Shown here: positions 53,683 to 64,000 of the stretch, piece after piece
Numbering within the stretch: the stretch's first letter is position 1
Layout: each line of letters begins with the position of its first letter
From: Octopus sinensis
Taxonomy: Eukaryota
Direction: 5' to 3'
DNA: 64,000 bases
NCBI RefSeq assembly: GCF_006345805.1
Contig: NC_042998.1
Coordinates: forward strand, 138,322,001-138,386,000
Notes under the pieces: generated by a model
Seen by the model: only the letters and a program-made list of their open reading frames with translations
What the model was told of the DNA's origin: nothing
Database searches by the model: none
Program-made: the position numbers and the translations under genes

Positions 53683-55494
53683 ATCTCCCTCCACATCTCT
53701 CTCATTCTCTCCCTTCCACATCTCTCTCACTTTCTATCTTTCTCTCCTTTCTTTCTAACATTCTTTCTCTCTATCCCTGTCTGCCTGCCTGTCTGTCCGT
53801 CTGTCTGTTTATCTGTCTGTCTCTGTCTCTATGTCTATCTATTTTTCTTTCTCTACTTCTTTCACTTTCACTTTCTGTTCCATTCATTCTTTTCCCTTCC
53901 CCGTCCTCCTTCTCCTCTTCTTCCTCTTCTTTCTCTTCCTGCTCCTCCCCATCCAATATCCCGCTCCTCTTCTTCAGAAGGTGGCCAAACTGTAAAGGTG
54001 TCAAGTAATCATAGACCAATTAATTTTTGGTTGTCGGATGGGTCGACTGTTATGTGAAAACAGAGACATTTGTTTGTTTCGAAGAGTGGATGCGAGAAGT
54101 CTAAGCCAAAGACCCTGGTCGGAAGTAAAAATAAAGATGTCATCATTTTAGCTGACTGTAATAGCGTTAAGAGAACGAATGTTGCCGGTGGTGATGCGGT
54201 TACGGACGCGAGATGCTTGTAATAAACACAGAAATGTAGCCATTACCCTGTCTTCTATTAACTGCGCCATATTTTACAGTTATACGAAAGAAATACAGAG
54301 ATTGTTATTGTCGTGTTGTGATCTAACGCTGTAACGGCTATAATGGTTGTAGTGTCAGAACATAACTTGACATTGATAATCAATGTGTGTTCTGGTCGTT
54401 GTTTGGTGTACGAGTAGTGATAGACGAATAGTGTGCTTCTGAGTTCATATCCCGCTACGAGTACGTTACAGTGTTCTGTATCAATCACTGGAGAATTTTG
54501 GTGCCTCATACCTTCGAACGGGCGAGGTAGTTGCAGAACAAGACCAGTTTGATGGTAAAGTGTTGTTTAGTAATAATCTACAGTGATTATTAAAGAGAGA
54601 GTTTATGGTAAAAAAAAATAAATAAATAAAAAATTTTTAAACGGAGCGTTAATGTAGTCGCTCAGCCTACTGGAAATAGGAGCCAAAATTCCATCAAATC
54701 ATACCATTCGGTCTTCGAAAGGGGAAAATTATGGAGGTGATACGGTGAGAATTCTTTTGATGACAGCTATAACAAACCTTGGGTCGGTAAGATTCTTAAA
54801 TTATTGACTCCTTTCATGGAATCGGTGATAACTTATTGACCCCCATCATGTAAATTTCTAAAATAAAATTAAAAGCTGTAATTAATAAAACATTTTTTTT
54901 TATTTAAAAGCAATAACTCCTTCGTTCTTTTATGTCTTTACTGCTATTTAAATAGAAATATTTAGATAAATATAATGAAAACGCTTAACGAAACCGATAA
55001 AAACCAATAAAAAAATTCAATCATATTAATTTTGTTATACCAGAAATATTTAATGTGAAATAAGTGTTTGGTGAATACTAGTCATAAGTACCAGATGCTT
55101 GGCTGAAAATTAATTTTAGCCTTAAATTACTGCACACTTTCAGATTCAGTTCACTAATAATTCAGCGTTTTTAATGGTCAAAATCGCTTAAGCTGTTTAT
55201 CGACTTCTTGGATAGCCAAAGATACACCACCCTGTCCCCAGGGGTCATAACGACCATTTTGACGATCCCTGGGCAACAACAACAACAACAACCGAGACAA
55301 CAGCTTTGAAAAAATTGAATTCTTTCACAGATCAATAAAGAAATATTAAATCTAGCTACAGTGAGAATCGCATGGCTCATCTAAGAATTGTTTCACCGAC
55401 AGAGGCTCATTAGGTCTTGTACTCTAGAAAGCATAGAGCTACATAAAAATGTCCCACCAGACTCTCTTGCAACAATTTGTCATTATACCCACAT

Positions 55495-55682
55495 GTACGC
55501 CGGGAAAAATACTTAGCGATATTTCGTCCGTCTATACGTTCTGGGTTCAAATTCCGCCGAAGTCGACTTTGCCGTTCATCCTTTCGGGGTAATAAAATAA
55601 GCATCAGTTGAGCTTTGGGGGTCGATGTAAGTGACAAACACCGCTCCCTCAAAATTTCAGGCCTATAGTAGAAAGGATTATT
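55495..55682 (+). mobile_element. SINE family A
   Basis: GGTTCAAATTCCGCCGAAGTCGACTTTGCC..CATCCTTTCGGGG. Confidence 0.8.
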
Positions 55683-55919
55683 TTAAACACATGTAGATTT
55701 ACACAAATTACTTACACGCATATACACACAGGTACATATAGTTCTTTTATTTGGTATAGTGTGAACAATACCTTTGTTGGTTATAAGTTTCCAGCAGATT
55801 AATCACTAGTTCACTTCATTTGTGATAGCGAGAGCAATAAGGGATCATCGGTGCAAGATAGGCAGAGCAAATATGACAAGAGACTTCGTATAGGCATATC
55901 GGTTTTTTCCTCGATGTTT

Positions 55920-55984
<65 letters not shown>

Positions 55985-56467
55985 CACACACACACACATG
56001 CACACGCACACGCACGCACGCCTACACACAAGAATTATTATACTTATTGATATACAGATTGACAGTGACTTCTAAGTTAAACAATCAATTAAAGGTTAGT
56101 AAGTTGAAACTTCGAAATTACTATCATCCTTTTCCTTGGAGAAATTGATAAATATGCACTCTACTACGTAAAAGTATTGAGTAATCCTTTACTTTGATGT
56201 TAAATAGTTTTTATATGTAACTTGACATAAAAACAAACATTGATATGTATTTACACACTCACACACACACGCACACACACACGCACACACACATATGTAT
56301 ACACACACACACACATATATATGTATATGAATGGAGATATGTATATATGTATGTATATCTATGTGTGTATCTATATGCATATATGTGTGTGAGCTTGTGT
56401 CTGTGAGTGTGTGTGTGTGTATGTGTGTTAACTCGTATTCAGTCTGATGTCATAAATATATATACAT

Positions 56468-56510
<43 letters not shown>

Positions 56511-56696
56511 ATATATATATATATATAAATATATGCATGTATATCACATCAGAGAGTTCACCTTACACTAGGTTACACAAGTCACAAAGTTTTATGTTAT
56601 GTACAATCTCTGATGGCGGACGAGACACAACCAGTTTCACTTTGACGAGATATTAATAGCCTTACGTTCGTTGCTTTCATTATGCGTAAGGAGCAA

Positions 56697-56905
56697 AAGC
56701 AGCGAGCTGGCAGAATCGTTAGCACGCCAGGCAAAATGTTTAGCGGTATTTCGTGTTTTTACGCTCTGAGTTCAAATTCCACCGAGGTCGACTTTGCCTT
56801 TCATCCCTTCTGAGTCGATTGAATAAGCACCAGTGAAAAGTGAGGTCGATTTAAATGACTTCGCTCCTTCTTCAAGCCTGCTGGCCTTGTGACAAAATTT
56901 GAAAC
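56697..56905 (+). mobile_element. SINE family A
   Basis: GCGAGCTGGCAGAATCGTTAGCACGCC head through GGCCTTGTG tail. Confidence 0.85.
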
Positions 56906-57198
56906 TAAGAATGGTAAGGAATGGGATGCTTCTCGGTGAATGCAAATTTTTCAAATAAAAACAAATCAAAGCCAGTGAGTCAAGCTGAGTAAATTTCATT
57001 CCCTTTCTTGGATCTTTGTAACACTGAGTGTGCGTGAACGCAGAATGCAGCTGAGCTAATTATTTATAAACTTTAGCACCAGCATTGAGTACTGTTTTTT
57101 TGTGTTTGTTACCACTGACGTGTGTATGTGTGTCTGTGTGCGCGCGCGCGTATGTATATGTTTGAATGTGAACATAACATCCACGCATACAGATTGCA

Positions 57199-57244
<46 letters not shown>

Positions 57245-57420
57245 ACGGGATTCTTTCAGTTTCTGTTCACCAAATGCGTTCTCAAAGCTTTGGTCAGCCC
57301 GAGGCTATAATAGAAGACACTTGCCCAAGGTGTCATGCAGTGGGACTGAACCGGAACTGGTTTGGAAGCAAGCTTCTTACCACACATGTATGTGTGTATG
57401 TATGTATGTTTGTATGTATG

Positions 57421-57584
57421 CCGGGCCGGCTCAAGGTACCGGCAACTAGGGCAGTCGCCCGGGCGCCATGTGCTAGTGGACGCCAAAGAGGGGTGACAAA
57501 GACAAGGAAATTTCTACGACCGTCTACTTGTACACTCCGAAGTTCAGCTTGACCGGGGCGCTAGCAACCCTAGGGCCGGCTCTA
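57421..57584. mobile_element. Short GC-rich hAT-like MITE inserted in (TATG)n
   Basis: Ends CCGGGCCGGCTCAAGG..CCTAGGGCCGGCTCTA resemble CAGGGCCGGC-type TIRs. Confidence 0.7.
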
Positions 57585-58692
57585 TATGTATGTATGTAAA
57601 TACGTATGTATGTATGTATGTATGTATGTATGTATGTATGTATGTATGTATGTATGCATGCATGCATGCATGCATGTACGTATGTATGTATATATGTATA
57701 TATGTATATGTATTGTATGTATATGTGTATTCTTCCGCATATTCTTCAAGTACATGTACCATGTAAACGTTTTCGTTAAAGTTTATTGAAAAAGATAACA
57801 TTTTTATTTATTTATTTTATTTTTTGAACAATTTAATGCAAAAGATGCGGGGTAAAATATTAAGTTAAACAGCGATTAATAAAGTTAGACCCACAATCAA
57901 GAATCAAACACAAACGGCAAATAAATACACAGAAAAAGGACAAAAAGTAAAAAAAGAAAAGAAAGAAAGAAAGAAATCTACATTTATCCGTTCATTACTT
58001 ATAAGTTTGACTTATGTATCTATTTATTGCATGCTAAACGCACATAACTGACTGTAGGTTAGTTAATCGAATTAGTACTGTCGATTTTGAGAAGTTTAGT
58101 GGCTTGGCGATGAGGCGTCTATTGATTCACCGTCGGCGACGACACTTCATCGTGACGATTTCATCTATCAACGGTAATAATAATCCTTTTACGTTCTCAC
58201 TTAAAGGGAAGTAGTTATTAGGTGACATTTCATATTCCTTCGCACAAGCGTATTTTTCCCCACATACACGTACATACATACATATATATATATATTAAGA
58301 GATATATACACTTACAATATCTTTCTCTTTCCGCTCTCTCTGCCTATTCTCCTATTCCTCCTCCTCCTGCCTTCCTCCTTCCCCCTTCTCTCTCTAGCTA
58401 TCTCCCCTTCCTACGTAAATAATACGTCATCTCTAATTTGTATGCATTCTTTCATCCTCCCTACGTTTTATCTATACTTCTATCACACTTTTGCCCATCA
58501 TTCTATACAAACGTACACACGTAGACATTCGAACATATATACATACGTACGTACGTACGTACATACATACATACATACTTACATACATACATACATACAA
58601 TACATACATACATACATACATACATACGTACGTACGTACGTACGTACATACGTATTTACATACATACGTGCGTACGTACATACATACTTAGA

Positions 58693-58848
58693 TGCAGGTG
58701 TGAATGTCTGGTTGAGAAGCTCACTTTCTAGCGACATAGTTTCAAGTTCAGTTTCACTGCGCAGCACTTTGGGCAAGTACCTTCTGTTTAAAGCTCCTGC
58801 TTGACCAATGCCCTACGAGCAAACTTGTGTGCGTGCGTGCATGTGTGT

Positions 58849-58881
<33 letters not shown>

Positions 58882-59125
58882 CACGCATGTGTATATGCTT
58901 CTGCGTGTGCGCGCGCGTAAGCGTCTTTGCGATTGAGTTTGTTCTCCACCAACGCTTGATAGTCGGTGTTGGTTTGTTTACGTTCTCGTAACTTAACAGT
59001 TCGGCAAAACTGAGCGATAGCATAGAAAAACAAATTTACAAGTATGTACTGGGTTCGATTTGTTCGACTAAACCCTTCAAGGCGATGCCTTCGCATCGCC
59101 ACAATCCAACAAGTTAAACAAATAA
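58693..59125 (+). mobile_element. SINE family B, diverged
   Basis: GTTCAGTTTCACTGCG..TTGGGCAAG..internal (TG)n..GTTCGGCAAAA. Confidence 0.75.
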
Positions 59126-59429
59126 ATGATGGTAAAGAATCCTACATTACACGATAAACAATGCTTGTACTCGTTTTCAACTGAGTTTTCTGAAATACCG
59201 TTTCATCCTCAAGAACACAGCGTGCCGGCTTGTCTACGAACTGATCTCAAGACATAACGGTCATAAGCGCAACACCCTTTACCACTAAGCCACGTGTATC
59301 CCAGTATAACTCTTATAATCGCTGTAATAATTTTTGTTAAATCTGTCTGTAATATAAATTCCGGTTTGGTTTGCATCTCCCTCTTTCCCTTTCTTGTTCT
59401 CTTCTTCTGTGTGTGTCTGTCTGTCTGTT

Positions 59430-60525
59430 CTCTATTTTTAATAATTTTCTGTAAAGAAAGACTTGATTTCTAACAAAGATACAAAACTCCAGCGTTGGAA
59501 TGTAGATAACAAAAACAAATTCACAAAAAGTCTTGCATATTTTTACTCTTCTGCTCACTGCTTGTGTTTGTAATGTGGGAGTTAGCTGACTGATTTTTTT
59601 CTTCCTGGTCACTTAAGCATTTACTCACAAAACCAAATGCACCAAATTTTATTGGTATAAATGTAAATTTATACTCTGAGTATAAAAGCTGAAGGTTTCG
59701 AAGAAGTTATCTGTAGTTATTCTCTATCTGTTTCATTTCCGAAGAAATATTCACATCGGCATGGTAGCGGACTTCAGTGACAGTACATACTTTTCCTTGC
59801 CACTCCCAAGTAACAATATCCGGCCTGTTATATTTTCAGTTGGTAGAACTTTCGATGGGAATGTTTCACCGATATTCATTGTGTTTGTGTTTATGTATTT
59901 ATTTAATAACAGTGGGTTTCTTAATATCCATTTCCGAACAGCCTCTTTTCAGATGGCTTTGTACATTGTTTTAGAAGTTAGTACCTTGATGACGTTTTTG
60001 GGACGACTGCTAGCCACACGAGTGATGTGTTCCACAGAGATTGCAAATGCATAACCTTCAAAATATAATGTGATGTAGCAGTCATGAGTCCAAGAAAAGC
60101 TGCACTTCATGATATTACTATCGCCTTCATGTTTTTGGAAAACATAACCAATTGTCTTTTTTGATCTGTTGACCATTTCCCATTCTTTGAGGAAGAGAGG
60201 ACACCCTTGGGAGCTCGCTAACGATACGTAGTATGCTGTTCTTTTCATTATTCAGCACAAGATTCACGTTTTTATTTTTGCCTCTGTTGTTATGTATGTA
60301 TGTATGTATGTATGTATGTATGTATGTATGTATGTATGTATGTATGTACGTACGTATACTTGCATGCATGTATGTATATGTCTTCTATTTTTTAATTATT
60401 ACAAATTTTCCATTGAGGAGGGAGCCGGTTTCCAATAAAGATACAAGGTTCCATCTTTGGAGTGTAGTTAACACGGACGAATTCACATTTGGAACTTGAG
60501 AAAAGTCTTGCATATTTTTACGGTT
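59430..60525 (-). mobile_element. Degraded LINE-like remnant bracketed by two related 3'-tail-like repeats
   Basis: AAAGATACAA..AAAAGTCTTGCATATTTTTAC occurs at ~59476-59547 and ~60437-60521; the sequence between looks like decayed coding DNA. Confidence 0.35.
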
Positions 60526-60551
60526 CCACTCACATGTATGTATGTATGCAC

Positions 60552-60582
<31 letters not shown>

Positions 60583-61359
60583 TGTATGTATGTATGTATG
60601 TATGTGTATGTGTATGTATGTATGTATTTTTGCATGTATGTATGCATTTGTGTATGTATGTATAAAGGGAAACGTTTATCTGTTAAATATGAATAAATTA
60701 CTTTCTTTACAATAAAACAAATGTGTTCACATATGGTTGAATTGTACGTTTCTCTGAGTAGAGTTGGGTATCCATCAGTAAAGATTTTTGCTGGTGAAAG
60801 TCAATTTATTATACCAAGCGGATCTCACAGACACCACAATTATGAAAATGTTAAATTGACAAAAAATATTTTATATACAGACATTATTTGATTGCCTAAA
60901 GTTTCTGTCTATGGTGTGCTGCATGTGATGATATGAAATGTTTCTTTTATTTCAATGTTGTATCTTCTTTTATTCAATTCTTTGTTAAATAGATACCTAT
61001 ATTTCAATCAGGTATAAAAAAAAATAACAGGTCATGCACAACTATTACTTAATTATAAATTGATGGACTTAAATGTTACAAGCTGAATGTCTTGACTAAA
61101 AAGACATTTTTATGTTGGAGTCAGCATACGAACCGTTGGTCATTCGACTTGCTGTCGAGTATCCTGTCAACACTGCCAGCTGTCGTCCTAATTTGAAAAT
61201 ATAGACTTTACTTGATATTATTGTCGTTCATGTTGCTTCTGTATTTTTTCGATCTCACTGTGATTCCAGTAATGTTATTACTGTTTTTGTATTTTGACTG
61301 TTTTGTGGTTGTTGCTGGTGTTATTGGTGCTGTTGTTGTTGTTGTTGCTGCTGCTGCTG

Positions 61360-61391
<32 letters not shown>

Positions 61392-62069
61392 GGTGGTGAT
61401 GTGTGATGGTGGTGATGTTGATGTACTCTAGTTTCTGTTTTATTTTTAACTATTTTATAGTTGTGTCTCTGTTTCATTCATTCGAATTAGTAGTTTCCAT
61501 TGTTACAAATGACGATGTGATGTTGACGAAGACAACGACGACAAGGGTGATGGTAATGTTGATAATTATTAGCATCATCATCATCATCATCATTATCGTC
61601 ATCATCATCATTATCATTATCATCATCATCATAATCATCATCATCATCATCCTGTTACATTCTCCCGCTGTGATTCCCAATACATTATTTTCAAATTCAG
61701 TTTTTGTAAACGAGTTAACAGCGAAACTGTCTTGCTGAAAGCCAACGTAGAGACAAGGCTGAGAGAGAAAAAGACAATAACGAAAAACAACACAGAACTA
61801 AGTAGAACTAGTATAAAATAAAGATAGGAGGAAAACTGAAGCGGTGAGAGTGGGGCGGTTGGGTGAATATTGATCAAATAGAGGAGGAGATGGGACTCAT
61901 GAAAATGAAGAAGAGGAAAGGGAAGAGAAAACAATGAACACCAAGTGATGCTGGGCAGTTGTGAATGTTGAGAAGTAAGATCGATTAGAACTGAATGAAT
62001 AAGGGAGAGAAAAAAATGTGACCTGCTAAAATAATTGTCTCTTTTAACTAGGTAAAGGTGATATTATAA

Positions 62070-62228
62070 AGGTGTAGCTGTGTGGTAAGAAGCTTGCTTC
62101 TCAACCCCATGGTTCTTGGTTCAGTTCCGCTGCGTGGAACCTTGGGCATGTGTTTCTACTCAGGTCGATTAAAGCCCTGTGAGTGGATTTGATAAGCGGA
62201 AACTGGAAGAAGCATGTCATACACACAC

Positions 62229-62326
<98 letters not shown>

Positions 62327-62562
62327 TTATGTGCGTGTGTGTCTTTGCGTCTGTGTTTGTCCGCCCTACTATCGCTTGACAATCGATATTGGTGTGTTTA
62401 TGACCCCGTAACTTACTGGTTCGGCTAAAGAGACCGATAGAATAAGTACAAGGCTAACACAGAATAAGTCCTGGGGTCGATTTCTTCAGAGATAAAACCC
62501 TTTAAGGCGTTGCTCTAGCATAGCTACAGTCAAATGACTGAAACAAGTAGAAGTGTAAAAGA

Positions 62563-62565
<3 letters not shown>
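62070..62565 (+). mobile_element. SINE family B, full length
   Basis: GCTGTGTGGTAAG head, CCTTGGGCA, internal (TA)n, GAAACAAGTA tail. Confidence 0.88.
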
Positions 62566-62608
<43 letters not shown>

Positions 62609-62631
62609 TATTTAACCATTGGAAATTCTTA

Positions 62632-62783
62632 TTTAACGACAATTGTTTCGCGGCTTAATAAAACATGGATACATAGTTTATTTTATTATATTTTACAATA
62701 AGTAATAAATTACTTACATGTCTGCATTAATATAAGCAATTTTCAAATTAATGTAGATATTAAGCTAACTCTTCGGGTAAAAA
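62632..62783 (-). ncRNA. Type I hammerhead motif with long branched stem II
   Basis: TTTTTAC-CCGAAGA-GTTAGCTTAATA..TATTAAGCCGC-GAAAC-AATT-GTC-GTTAAA. Confidence 0.55.
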
Positions 62784-62877
62784 GAAATCCATGTTAAAAA
62801 ATAATCCCTCGACATAGCGTTTCATGAACGCAAGGTCAATATTAGGAAACGAAAACTTTAAAAATAGTGAAGGCAAA

Positions 62878-63503
62878 AACAATAACATTAATAGAAATTC
62901 TTTTCTAAAGAAGGGAAGGGAGATTTAGTAAGATATTAAAAAGTAACTAGTAGATAATTTTGGTGTAAGAAAAAGAAAAATTATATATTTATCATTAATA
63001 ACTTAGAAAAGGAAAGATCGTAAAGATTGAGAAAGATAATAACAAAGCGAAACTAAGTTAGAGCTCTTAAAAGACAATGTTTACGAAATATAGGGATTGA
63101 TATCAACAAGAAAAATCTCAACAGCATTAAATTGAAAATTAGAAGATCAAAGATATAAGTAAATATTTAAAAAAAAGGAATCTTAAAAATTATGGAAGAC
63201 AATAACAATGAAATTAATAGAAATTAATAAGACGGTTTTCTAAGAAGGGAGGGGAAATTTGGTATGATATTAAAAAGTAACTACTAGATAATTATGGTAT
63301 AAGAAAAGGAAAAACATATATTCATCGGTAATAAGCTAGAAAATGAAAGATCGTAGAGATAGAGAGAAAAAAATAATAACAAAGTGAAACCCAAATAAAA
63401 GTTCTTAGAGACAATGTTAACGAAATATGGGATTTACATCAACAAGAAAACTATGAACAACATTAAATAAAAAATTGAAGTTCAAATACATAAGCAAATA
63501 GAG
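62878..63503. repeat. Diverged ~320-bp tandem duplication
   Basis: ATTAATAGAAATT, GATATTAAAAAGTAACTA, GAAAGATCGTA, GACAATGTT and ATCAACAAGAAAA each occur twice in the same order. Confidence 0.85.
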
Positions 63504-63554
63504 AATAGGCTGCAATGAAGAATAAGAGTAAGAATAAGTATAAGTGTATGTATG

Positions 63555-63587
<33 letters not shown>

Positions 63588-63755
63588 TGAAGACCAATGT
63601 TGGTGCGCTTACGTCCCCGTTATCTAGCGGTTCGGCAAAAGTTACCGATAGAATATGATCAAGCTTAAAAAGAGAATGAGTATTAGGGTCGATTAGTTTG
63701 ACTAAAATTCCTCAAGGCGGTGCCCAAGCACGGCCGCGGTCTAAAACAATTAAAG

Positions 63756-63829
<74 letters not shown>

Positions 63830-63833
<4 letters not shown>

Positions 63834-64000
63834 GGAATTTGCAAGAAACAAAAGGATGAAGACAGGTGTGTAAACAACAAGCAGACAAGCAGGTGTATTA
63901 GTTTAATGCTCGGGAAGGTGAGAAAGTCTTTTACGTTTCGAGCCTACGCTCTTCAACAGAAAAGAACACGATGAAATAAACAGAGAGAGAATAAAAAAAG
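63830..64000 (-). mobile_element. Penelope-type terminal-repeat fragment carrying a minimal HHR (63927-63965)
   Basis: TCTTTT-CTGTTGA-A-GAGC-GTAG-GCTC-GAAA-CG-TA-AAAGA on minus; ends at (TA)n. Confidence 0.7.

Noticed and set aside
60740-60785. Minus-strand CTGATGG..GAAACGTA
   Set aside because: Stems I and II do not pair.

Overview
Eukaryotic, AT-rich, microsatellite-saturated non-coding DNA. The SINE and LINE content looks like an octopus (coleoid cephalopod) genome; this is an inference from repeat families I recognise. No intact host protein-coding gene, RNA gene or CRISPR array can be supported, and nearly all ORFs in the track are translated microsatellites. Recognisable content: three tRNA-derived SINE families in dozens of copies, some in tandem or inverted arrays; a near-complete but disrupted Penelope-like element (RT + GIY-YIG); CR1-group LINE fragments; an ORF1-only L1/Tx1-like element; a HERO-like restriction-like-endonuclease LINE 3' end; a mariner fragment; and hAT MITEs. 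The strongest hidden signal is a set of about nine hammerhead-ribozyme (HHR) motifs found by eye. They include a rearranged, non-circularly permuted HHR in the HERO 3' UTR (18609-18695, minus), a minimal HHR with a compensatory A3-U8 core pair (41323-41357, minus), an HHR with a ~120-nt branched stem II (62632-62783, minus), and a family of minimal ACGU-palindrome HHRs with an A6U core variant. All ribozyme calls are structural readings of the sequence and none has been tested.
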